Assembly: GCA_035298385.1 (NCBI GenBank)
Contig: DATGYC010000244.1
Location: 1,751-65,750 of the forward strand
Length of the DNA stretch: 64,000 nucleotides
From: Symbiobacteriaceae bacterium
Lineage (GTDB): Bacteria > Bacillota > Sulfobacillia > Symbiobacteriales > Symbiobacteriaceae
Direction of reading: 5' to 3'
Positions 15,760 through 24,047 of the stretch are shown here, one piece after another (position 1 is the first letter of the stretch; every line of letters begins with the position of its first letter). The notes under the pieces were generated by a model that worked only from the letters and a program-made list of their open reading frames with translations, did no database searches and was not told the DNA's origin. The position numbers were made by a program, and so were the translations under genes.

Positions 15760-16716
15760 CTAAAGGCCGACGCCTGCCGCTGCGTTCTCCCGAAACAAAG
15801 AGCCCTCGCGGATATAGCGCCTGACCATGTTCACGCTCTTGTGTCCAGTCTGCGCCATGATCGCCCGTTCACTCACACCTGCCGCCGCCGCTGAGGTAGC
15901 AAGGCCAGATCTAAGCGAATGCCCGGAGTACATAGAAGCGTCCAGGCCTGCCGCATCAGCGCACCTCTTGACCACCAAGGCAACCGCCTTGTCTGACAGG
16001 CGCCCATCATGAAGCTGTCCATGTCGGTTGACGCTACGGAAGAGGGCGCCGTCCTTGATACCTGACGCCCCTAACCACGCATGAAGCGCTCTGACAGGGC
16101 ACGTCGCAGGATTTGAGCCATAGGGAATGCCAACCTTGCGCCCCTGTCCCTCTTGGTCTGTCTTAGATCGTTCCAACGTGATTACCAAGCCCTCCTTAGT
16201 GACCTGTACATGGTCAACGTCTAAGGCCACCAGTTCAGAACGTCGGAAGGCGCCAGCAAAACCGATCAGGAGCAGCGCCCTATCACGGATGCCAAGCAGG
16301 GAGTTAGGCAAGGTGTCCACCATCGCCCGAATGTCATCCGTCCTGGCAGGCGCCTTACCGTGCTGGACAGTGCCCTTGGTACGCTTGATGCCCTGCCAGA
16401 CACTATGGAGCGGTTCTAGACGGGTAGAGACGGGAGAATGCCCTGCCGCCTTATGCGCCTGTGAGATCGCCCCTAAACGCCGTTCTAAAGTGCTGACCTT
16501 TACCGCGTCAACCTTTGCTGTGAGGTAGAGGGCAAGAGTCTCAGGCGAGGCCGGCATCGCCTGCAAGGCTTGTTCAGCGCACCAGGCGGTGAAGTCCTGC
16601 CAGTCGTTCTGATACGCCTTCACGGTGCTTACCGACCTCGACTTGGCAGCGTACTCCATAGCAGTCTGAGCAACCTCCACCAGTTGGGCGCCCTGAACAG
16701 TGATGCGCTGATCCAC
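15760..16716 (-). CDS. Tyrosine recombinase, Cre-like
   Basis: 318 aa. The C-terminus YSGHSLRSGLATSAAAAGVSERAIMAQTGHKSVNMVRRYIR parallels Cre WSGHSARVGAARDMARAGVSIPEIMQAGGWTNVNIVMNYIR. It also has DRALLLIGFAGAFRRSEL (catalytic Arg box) and a Cre-like N-terminal TVKAYQNDWQDFTAWC. Confidence 0.8.
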   Translation of the reverse strand: MDQRITVQGAQLVEVAQTAMEYAAKSRSVSTVKAYQNDWQDFTAWCAEQALQAMPASPETLALYLTAKVDAVKVSTLERRLGAISQAHKAAGHSPVSTRLEPLHSVWQGIKRTKGTVQHGKAPARTDDIRAMVDTLPNSLLGIRDRALLLIGFAGAFRRSELVALDVDHVQVTKEGLVITLERSKTDQEGQGRKVGIPYGSNPATCPVRALHAWLGASGIKDGALFRSVNRHGQLHDGRLSDKAVALVVKRCADAAGLDASMYSGHSLRSGLATSAAAAGVSERAIMAQTGHKSVNMVRRYIREGSLFRENAAAGVGL

Positions 16717-17960
16717 TCGCCACGCCTCCCTAACTTCCGGTAACCTTTACTTATCGGAAACTAGAAACAGCATATCAGCGATGCTTCTATCTGTAAATAC
16801 TTCCAGTGCAAAGACCGCAAAAGCCACCCCTGAGACGTTTCAGGGGCGCTTTGTTTTAAACCCCTCCCCCCCTCCTACTCAGAGAAGATGTTTAGTCGGG
16901 TTGTTGCGGCTCGTCCTGGTCGTCGCCGGAAGAGAGAATGTGCCGTTGAGTCGATCCTGTTTCTCTGCACCTGATCTTGTCTAATGACGCCCAGCAGCGC
17001 CTTCTAGCTGATCGGCATGAGGGTAGTCGAGAAGTTAACCCTCCCGGCATCGTGGTTCTACTCAACATGATGCGAACCAGCGGGGGAAGTACACCGCCAA
17101 CCAGTACCGAACTGACCTCACACCTTGCCAGAAACCCAAGTCAGTTTTGGCGGTCAGCGATAACGAAGCACTTGTCGAAGCTCTCGACGAAACGCCAGCG
17201 TGAGTTGACAGTCGCTCAACGGCGCCGCCGAAATGCCTGAACATTGTCCTGTCAGTCATTTGCCGAAACCCAAGCTGTATTGGCGTCTGTCATCGTGAAC
17301 TACAACGCACGACAGACCGGCCAGCCACCCGCCAGCAAGAGCGACCACCTCGTGGTGCTGGACGTATGCCACCTGTTCGCTCCATGCAGGGACGGCCTTA
17401 CGAAATCGAAGGGGAGCCACCCATCAGCAGGATTAGTACCGTCATGCACTTGCATGGCGGTCTTTCAACATTGCTACGCCATTACTCTGATCGCGCTGTC
17501 AGCGAATGAAAGACTGATGGCAGCGTGAGGATGGCGCCCTAGGGATATTCCTAGATTTCCCTCCGGCCTAGCCGTTAGTTTTGGGGCCGCTCCTGCAAAT
17601 ATCTCGTCAGAAGGGTAAAGCGCCACTAGCGCTAGACCATGCAGGTACTCGCTTCGCTCGTTGGCTTCGAACCCGCTTGACACCTTCGGTGTCAACCGGC
17701 TCCTCGCCACCCTAGGCAAGTCTAGTCCTAACCTAATCGGAGACTAGCCCAAATCGGGGGTCTAACCGTAGCCTGCGAAGGTTTGACCACCAGGCCCGAG
17801 CCTAGGCGAGGGACTAGCCAGCGTTTGTTTAGGCGCCAAGAAGCGTTAGACAGCGCTACAGCACCGATTAACCCTTCTACTCTGTAGCTCCCGGCAGAGC
17901 TCGTCTATGGGCGATTTTCATAAAATCTTACCTTTTAATTTTTGGAAGGGGATTGTCCTA

Positions 17961-18359
17961 ATGTTTCGGTCTCGAAAGTCCCGGCGCACCTTACCCGCCC
18001 CATTCGACACGACCGACCTTCACGAGCAGTTCGACCTGCATGATGGCATGACCGTAGCATGGGACTACGCTACCAACCTGGACCCGCGCTCGGCAGAGTC
18101 AGAGGTGGCCCGCTGGTTCCTTAGAGGTTGCCACACCGAAACGGAGTTAATGGACGTGACTTCTGGCGACGGAATCGCGATGCTGACTCTCGGACAAATT
18201 CGATACTGGTTGCCGAAGGTTAAGGCGAAGCTCCGGGAAATCTTTGCTGACGTTGACCTGTCGCCCAGGTTCGTTGTAGACGGCAGTCCAGAGGCGAGGG
18301 AGATTGCCGAGCGCTTTACTTTCCACGACAAGCAGGTTCCCCTGTCTAAGTTGGGTTAA
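17961..18359 (+). CDS. Hypothetical protein (island)
   Basis: 132 aa from the ATG at 17961, with a GGAAGGGGA RBS 8 nt upstream. No recognisable motif. Confidence 0.45.
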   Translation: MFRSRKSRRTLPAPFDTTDLHEQFDLHDGMTVAWDYATNLDPRSAESEVARWFLRGCHTETELMDVTSGDGIAMLTLGQIRYWLPKVKAKLREIFADVDLSPRFVVDGSPEAREIAERFTFHDKQVPLSKLG

Positions 18360-18505
18360 AGAGGCGCCCACAAGCTTCCCATTGCCCCTACGCCAAAAGC
18401 CGCTCAAAGAGGCTCTCAGCGCGTTCTAGGCTCATCCTGGTGCTTCGCCAACAAACCGCGCATCCAAACGAAAGACGAGGGTCGCATGACCCCCGTCCTT
18501 TCCGT

Positions 18506-19438
18506 CTATAGGTCCATTCCATTAAGCGGGTTGAACTTTTCGTTCTGGTCCTTCAGCGCAGTCCCGAAGAGGTTGACATACCGCATCGTCATGCTGATCG
18601 CAGTATGCCTCAGCATCTTCTGGACAGTGAACGCGTCGGCGCCTGCCTTCACCATCCTAGACGCGAATGTGTGCCTAAACGTATGCGCTGACAGCCGTAC
18701 CCCGCCGAAGTTCATTACCTCCTTCAGCCTCTTAAAGATACACTTCACCCCGTTCTCCGTCATCTTCGCCCCGCTCCGATCAGTGAACACGTAGCCAGGC
18801 CGCTTCTTGAACACATCATCAACGAAAACTCGATACTCGCTGAGTTCCTTACGAAGCTTGGCAGTCATCGGGATGCTACTCTGTTCCCGCTTTTTGCCCA
18901 GAACTGTGATAGCGTGGTTCACGAAATCCACATCATCCCAGCGCAAGTTCACCAGTTCGCCCAGCCTCATCCCAGTGCCCAATAGCACCACAATCATGGC
19001 GTAATCCCTGTAAGCGTAGAGCGTCTTATCCCGCCCCTTGATGCGCTGAAAATAGCCAAGCATCTCCTTGATCTGCTGGTCCGTGAATACGTCTACAGTC
19101 GTAGGCGCCTTCACAGGCTTGATTGCCTTTGTGGGGTTACCCTTGGCGTCAACCAATTCGGTCTGCTGCAGGTAGTTGAAGAACACTCGAAGGTTCTGTA
19201 GCTTATGGTTCACCGACGATGGGGAGTTACCCCTTTCCTGCTGGCACATCAACAAGTAACCCTTCACTGTGCCCGGCCGTACGTCAGAGACGTTGACGAC
19301 CCCATTCGCCACACAGTACGAATGAAACTCACCGAGCGTCCTGCGATAGTTGTCCAGCGTCTTGGCCGACACATTCCTAAACGCGCGATCATCCATGAAG
19401 TCCTTCACAGCAAACTTCAGAAGCACGAAAAAGACCAC
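18506..19438 (-). CDS. int: Tyrosine-type phage/Xer-like integrase
   Basis: 310 aa. LLGTGMRLGELVNLRWDDV (Arg box), HTFRHTFASRMV (HxxR) and LRHTAISMTMRYV (catalytic Tyr). Adjacent to the target tRNA. Confidence 0.9.
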   Translation of the reverse strand: MVFFVLLKFAVKDFMDDRAFRNVSAKTLDNYRRTLGEFHSYCVANGVVNVSDVRPGTVKGYLLMCQQERGNSPSSVNHKLQNLRVFFNYLQQTELVDAKGNPTKAIKPVKAPTTVDVFTDQQIKEMLGYFQRIKGRDKTLYAYRDYAMIVVLLGTGMRLGELVNLRWDDVDFVNHAITVLGKKREQSSIPMTAKLRKELSEYRVFVDDVFKKRPGYVFTDRSGAKMTENGVKCIFKRLKEVMNFGGVRLSAHTFRHTFASRMVKAGADAFTVQKMLRHTAISMTMRYVNLFGTALKDQNEKFNPLNGMDL

Positions 19439-19549
19439 CTTCCACAGCCGGTTAAACAGCCGTAGTAAAGTGGTCTTGGCGTTGCGTATGCGGGTGTTGA
19501 CGCGACTACCTTAGTCGACAGGGCGCCCAAACCCGCACTGCTCCTATGA

Positions 19550-19594
19550 TGGCGCTGGCGACAGGAATCGAACCTGCAACCCCCTGATTACAAA
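19550..19594 (-). repeat. att core repeat within tRNA-Thr (right island boundary)
   Basis: Identical to 13563-13607. Confidence 0.9.
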
Positions 19595-19625
19595 TCAGGA
19601 GCTCTGCCAGTTGAGCTACACCAGC
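19550..19625 (-). tRNA. trnT: tRNA-Thr (anticodon UGU), intact copy and island attachment site
   Basis: Minus strand GCTGGTGTAGCTCAACTGGCAGAGCTCCTGATTTGTAATCAGGGGGTTGCAGGTTCGATTCCTGTCGCCAGCGCCA. Anticodon loop TTTGTAA, GGTTCGATTCC T-arm, encoded CCA. Confidence 0.9.
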
Positions 19626-19706
19626 ATCGTGTGCCGTCCTATCTTACCATAGAACGGCGCCAGACTCAACGGATGTACGGAGGGCTCAAAGGCCCTCCTG
19701 ATCGAT

Positions 19707-20084
19707 CTACATGCTGGTGCTGATCTGCTCCATGTTCGTCGAGAAGAACTCGGACGGGCCGAACTTGGACGGGACGGGCCGGATAAACGGGGTTGGGTCA
19801 AACGGCACCCGGATGCCCGGCCGACGGAACCCGTTTACGCAGCAAGCCACAATCGTCTCAACCTCGGTCTCCGTCTCAAATCGAACAGGACTACAGTCAA
19901 TGTTGATCGTGCCCACAGGGATCTCCATCGCCGGACTGACCCGCTCGCACTTCCGCTTTCTGCGACCGACATCTTGACTCATGACAGTCTCGACCCTGAC
20001 GCAGCGTGGTTCCTCCTCTGGACAGGGGCAGACTGATCTTTGGGTACGATGGTGACAATTACAGGGGCGGCCACAACAAGACAT
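19707..20084 (-). CDS. Hypothetical Cys-rich protein, 125 aa
   Basis: MSCCGRPCNCHHRTQRSVCPCPEEEPRC... N-terminus (7 Cys in the first 28 residues). GGAAGGAGG RBS 7 nt before the ATG at 20084. Confidence 0.6.
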   Translation of the reverse strand: MSCCGRPCNCHHRTQRSVCPCPEEEPRCVRVETVMSQDVGRRKRKCERVSPAMEIPVGTINIDCSPVRFETETEVETIVACCVNGFRRPGIRVPFDPTPFIRPVPSKFGPSEFFSTNMEQISTSM

Positions 20085-20184
20085 GGGGCAAGCCTCCTTC
20101 CGGTTCCTTCACCATTCTATGGACAACGGCAGTGGCTTGACCCAAGTAAACAGAAAGACCACCGTTACCGGTGGTCCACAGATC

Positions 20185-20856
20185 CTATTCCAGCGGGCGC
20201 TCAACCCCCGGGTCCCCATTGCGGTGATCCAGGTAGCGCTCCAGCTTGCGCTTGACGCGCTGCAGGGCGTTATCGATCGACTTGACATGGCGGTCCAGTT
20301 CGACAGCGATCTCCTGGTAGGACTTGCCGTCCAGGTAGCTCATCAGAACCTTCCACTCCAGGTCGCTCAGGATCTCACCCATCTTACCCTCAATGTCACC
20401 GAACTCTTCGCGGCTGATGATCAGCTCCTCCGGATCCGTCACCTTGGAGCCAGAGATGACATCCAGCAGGGTGCGGTCGGAGTCGTCGTCATAGATCGGC
20501 TTGTTCAGAGAGATGTACGAGTTGAGCGGAATATGCTTCTGACGGGTGGCCGTCTTGATCGCGGTGATGATCTGCCGGGTGATGCAGAGCTCGGCAAATG
20601 CCCGGAAGGAGCTCAGCTTGTCAGAACGGAAGTCGCGGATCGCCTTGTAGAGGCCGATCATGCCTTCCTGAGTGATATCATCCCGGTCTGCACCAATCAG
20701 GAAGTAGGAGCGCGCCTTCGCCCGGACGAAGTTACGGTACTTATTGATGAGATACTCCAGAGCAGCGTCCGAGCCTTCTCGGGCGAATTCGACAATGTCC
20801 TCATCCGACATCTGGTCGTAGTCGTGGAAGACATCGCGCTGCGGCGTTGCCGACAT
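20185..20856 (-). CDS. sigH: RNA polymerase sigma-H factor
   Basis: 223 aa. DEDIVEFAREGSDAALEYLINKYRNFVRAKARSYFLIGADRDDITQEGMIGLYKAIRDF and the C-terminal SYQEIAVELDRHVKSIDNALQRVKRKL closely follow the SigH/Spo0H pattern. Syntenic with rlmB and rpmG. Confidence 0.9.
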   Translation of the reverse strand: MSATPQRDVFHDYDQMSDEDIVEFAREGSDAALEYLINKYRNFVRAKARSYFLIGADRDDITQEGMIGLYKAIRDFRSDKLSSFRAFAELCITRQIITAIKTATRQKHIPLNSYISLNKPIYDDDSDRTLLDVISGSKVTDPEELIISREEFGDIEGKMGEILSDLEWKVLMSYLDGKSYQEIAVELDRHVKSIDNALQRVKRKLERYLDHRNGDPGVERPLE

Positions 20857-21237
20857 CGTAGCGGCCCCCCTCCTTTTCCGAACTGCGACTGAGAAGATGG
20901 TGGCCTCAGGGAGAGCGCAATCCCTGCAATCCGGCTATAAAGGGCAGTAGAGCGGTCCACGGATGTGGCAGGCAACCTCCTGCGGAGCTAACATTGCGCA
21001 GTCCTCGGAGGTTGCCCACCAGTCAACATAACTGCGGCGTTCCCTATCCGGATTATACCTGCTGAAAAGAGCGACCGTCAAGGAGGACCAGCCTTCCGGA
21101 CCCCTATTTCCGCATCTTTTTTCGGGTAGCTTGCAGGGGTTCGTAGATCCATGTCGAAGAGTAATCAGGATAGATGTTCGGCACTAGGAAGACAGGGTCT
21201 GGTCATTATACCACAGGACTCTATCTGGTTGGACGTA

Positions 21238-21273
21238 CAAAAACCTCCCATCGCTTTGCGGTGGGAGGTTTTT
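21238..21273. terminator. Bidirectional terminator after rlmB
   Basis: Stem AACCTCCCA / TGGGAGGTT with A5 on one side and T5 on the other, 11 nt after the rlmB stop. Confidence 0.65.
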
Positions 21274-21283
21274 CGCGTATAGC

Positions 21284-22027
21284 TTAGCGGGCGCCTACAT
21301 CGCGCTGACGGCGGATCTCATAGAGAAGGATTGCGCCGGCGACGGCGGCGTTGAGCGAAGTGACTTGCCCCAGCATCGGTAGCCGGACCATGAAGTCGCA
21401 CTTCTCCGCGACCAAGCGACCGATCCCCTTCCCCTCACTGCCGATGACGACGGCGAGCGGGCCGGTCAGGCGGGCCTGGTAATAGAGTTCCTTGGCATCC
21501 TGGTGGGTTCCAGCCACCCAGAAGCCCTGCTCCTTCAGTTCGTCAATCGTCCGGGCGGTGTTCGTCACCCGGGCGACCGGGACGTACTCGACCGCCCCGG
21601 CGGAGACCTTGGCGACCGTCTCAGTCAGGCCGACCGCCCGCCGTTCGGGGATGATCACCCCGTGGGCGCCCACGGCATTCGCCGTGCGGAGCAGGGAGCC
21701 CAGGTTCTGCGGATCCTCGATCCCATCCAGGATCAGGAGTAGCGGGTCTTCCCCCTTCGCCTTCGCCTGTGCCAGGATCTCCTCTACCTCATAGTACCGG
21801 TGGGCGGCGACCAGGGCGATTACACCCTGGTGGGCTCGCCCCTCTGCTAGGGCATCCAGGCGGCTCCGGTCCTGCTCCTGGATGATGATCCCCGCCTCCT
21901 TGGCCAGGGCGATGATCTGGCGGATCGAGCCCTCCTGGCTCCCCTTGGCGACCAGAAGCTTATTGATCGACCGGCCGGCGCGCAGCGCCTCTAAGACCGG
22001 ATTCCTTCCTTCCAACTGTCCAGACAC
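21284..22027 (-). CDS. rlmB: 23S rRNA (guanosine-2'-O)-methyltransferase RlmB (SpoU/TrmH family)
   Basis: 247 aa. EGRNPVLEAL, LDGIEDPQNLGSLLRTA, GSEGKGI and SLNAAVAGAILLYE SpoU motifs. Confidence 0.9.
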   Translation of the reverse strand: MSGQLEGRNPVLEALRAGRSINKLLVAKGSQEGSIRQIIALAKEAGIIIQEQDRSRLDALAEGRAHQGVIALVAAHRYYEVEEILAQAKAKGEDPLLLILDGIEDPQNLGSLLRTANAVGAHGVIIPERRAVGLTETVAKVSAGAVEYVPVARVTNTARTIDELKEQGFWVAGTHQDAKELYYQARLTGPLAVVIGSEGKGIGRLVAEKCDFMVRLPMLGQVTSLNAAVAGAILLYEIRRQRDVGAR

Positions 22028-22039
22028 GGGTCCAACTCC

Positions 22040-23527
22040 TTACATCCGCTTGAGCGGGTCATCAATATCGGGATTCGTGGGCTCCAGGTAGGCAGCGAAG
22101 CTCGGGTACAGGGCGGCGAGTGCCTCGTACATCTGGTAGGCGACGCGCCGGTAGGAGAAATGGCCGCCCTCCTTAGTGCGAAGGCGGATCATGTAGGCGG
22201 CCTGGGAGAGGTCCATCCGGAAGAGGGTCCGGCAACGGAAGCCCAGCGGCAGGAGATAGTGGGCCTGTACCGGGTCCCAATGGGCCAACTCCTCGACGTA
22301 CCGCGCAGCCTTTGCCATATCCGCCTCGTAGCGGGCTTCGGCGTCCGTTCCCACCATTGGCTCAGGGATGGCGGCGCCATGCCGGGTCGTCCAGGCCTGG
22401 CGAATCTGGACCGAGCGGCGGTGGCGGTGGAAGTCCCGGTACCCGCCGATATCCATCAGGATATCAAAGGCGAGCGGGGCGCCCTGGAACTCCCGCAGCC
22501 ATTCGTCATGCGCCCCCCGCTTCTGCAGAGCGGCCTCAAGCACGTCCTTCTTCTCCCCAGCTGACAGGCCAGCCACCCGCTCCCGAATCTGGCCGTAGCT
22601 TAGATCCGAGACCCGGTAGAGCAGGGACGCGACCGCCGCATCAAACGGGTCCTCGTTGACGTGGAGCGTGACGGGCTGATCGTTCGTCGGCTCCAGCGCC
22701 GGGAGGAGTTCCCGAGCGATCGCTGCCAGGTCCGTCCAGACGGTCTGCTGGTAGGGTGAAGCGTCTGCATACTTGACCAGGGTCGGGGCGACCGGGTAGG
22801 GCGCCAGATGTTCCCGGAAGGGCCGCTGCAGGGCGTCCGGAAGGGCGCCGATCAGCGGCTCCAACTGATGGGCTGCGAAGTCGAAAGGTGCGGCCTCGGT
22901 CGCCGCCTCTTTGAGGTCGGCGCCCAGGGCTTGGATCTCCGGCAGCGGATCGGCCTGCATCCGGGCGATCTGCCGCTCTAGGGTCCGGGCAGAGGTAATC
23001 TGCCCCACGGACGTATTTACACCCAGGAAGAGGTAGTAGCGGGCGATGTCAAAGGCCCGGGCCCGGATGGAGTTGGCGTAGGCGACCTCGGCCATACCGT
23101 CCGGACGGGGGTACTGGGCCTCCAGCCGCCCGATCCACTCCTGGGTCGTCTGCTCGTAGCGGTCCATGAGCCATTGGGCGCCGTCAGCATATCCGCAGGG
23201 GGCGCCCGCCGGTCCGTAGTAGCCGGTCTGCTTGAACGGCTGGTACCGAGTCGAACGCTCCTGACCATCCCACAGTTGCTCATCCACCAGGCTGATCGCG
23301 GCCCAGAGGGAGATGCCCTCGACGCCGAAGGAGAGATGGGCCATGTCTGCGATGGAGGCGTGGCCGTACTTGAAGTACATCGTGTTCAGGAACTTGCGAG
23401 TCCGATCCGCGGTCAGCTCCTGAATCGACTCCTGAAGCGACTGGCTGGACCGGCTGTACTTGGCCATAGCGTAGGCCTGCCACTCCGGCGGGACCCCAGT
23501 AACAGCGTAGACACGACGCCTTTGCAT
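22040..23527 (-). CDS. ThyX-like (Thy1 family) protein, long fused two-domain form
   Basis: 495 aa from the ATG at 23527 (AAGGAGG RBS). N-half has YAMAKYSRS...GHASIADMAHLSF...QERSTRY; C-half has DIGGYRDFHRHRRSV. Both resemble parts of the ThyX core, and each half lacks elements of the RHRxxSxxxxSxR signature. Confidence 0.5.
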   Translation of the reverse strand: MQRRRVYAVTGVPPEWQAYAMAKYSRSSQSLQESIQELTADRTRKFLNTMYFKYGHASIADMAHLSFGVEGISLWAAISLVDEQLWDGQERSTRYQPFKQTGYYGPAGAPCGYADGAQWLMDRYEQTTQEWIGRLEAQYPRPDGMAEVAYANSIRARAFDIARYYLFLGVNTSVGQITSARTLERQIARMQADPLPEIQALGADLKEAATEAAPFDFAAHQLEPLIGALPDALQRPFREHLAPYPVAPTLVKYADASPYQQTVWTDLAAIARELLPALEPTNDQPVTLHVNEDPFDAAVASLLYRVSDLSYGQIRERVAGLSAGEKKDVLEAALQKRGAHDEWLREFQGAPLAFDILMDIGGYRDFHRHRRSVQIRQAWTTRHGAAIPEPMVGTDAEARYEADMAKAARYVEELAHWDPVQAHYLLPLGFRCRTLFRMDLSQAAYMIRLRTKEGGHFSYRRVAYQMYEALAALYPSFAAYLEPTNPDIDDPLKRM

Positions 23528-23642
23528 CAAACCTGCCTCCTTCGCTTCCCCAACACTTCGACGAAGGGGCGCCCCCACCCTGCCCATCTAGCACGTTAAC
23601 CGGCAGGGGCCGCCCGACTGCTCGGGCGGCCCTACCCCATCC

Positions 23643-24047
23643 CTAAACCCCCGGACTGCGTTCCAACAGGTGAACCGCCTCCGCCAGCAAGGCGCCCAGC
23701 CGCTGGTGGTGACCTGCAAGGTGCAGGTACCCCACCAACGCCTCAAAGGCCGTCGCCATCGCATACTCCGCCGGATCGATCCGCCGTGGATTCTGCCCCT
23801 TGGCGTTCCGGCCTCGGCGGACGACCTCCTGCTCCAGCTCGCTCAGACCAGGCAGGAACTCACGCAGGATCGCCGCCTGGGCGCCCGCGCGCACGTAGCT
23901 GACCGCGGCCTCATGCAGGCCCTTTACCCGGATCTTGCCGCTGACCAGCAGGTGCTGCCGGACGTAGAGTTCGTAGACCGCATCCCCAACGTAGGCAAGC
24001 GTTAGAGGCGGGAGGAGTTCCGGCCGCTCGATTACTTCCGCTTCCAT
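23643..24047 (-). CDS. mrnC: Mini-ribonuclease III
   Basis: 134 aa. LAYVGDAVYELYVRQHLL RNase III-like signature. Overlaps the cysS end as in Bacillus. Confidence 0.88.
   Translation of the reverse strand: MEAEVIERPELLPPLTLAYVGDAVYELYVRQHLLVSGKIRVKGLHEAAVSYVRAGAQAAILREFLPGLSELEQEVVRRGRNAKGQNPRRIDPAEYAMATAFEALVGYLHLAGHHQRLGALLAEAVHLLERSPGV

Larger units (their letters stand above)
13563..19594. mobile_element. ~6 kb integrative genomic island at tRNA-Thr(UGU)
   Basis: Perfect 45-nt direct repeats at both ends. Integrase gene 111 nt from the intact tRNA. Second, Cre-like recombinase inside. Interior visibly more A/T-rich than the flanking core genes. Confidence 0.85.

Noticed and set aside
16781-17528. 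Short ORFs (67, 87 and 94 aa on the plus strand; 65 and 81 aa on the minus strand) in the island's ORF-poor stretch
   Set aside because: None has a credible RBS or a recognisable motif, and the frames are interrupted in all directions. I treat them as non-coding or decayed and report the region as a finding instead.
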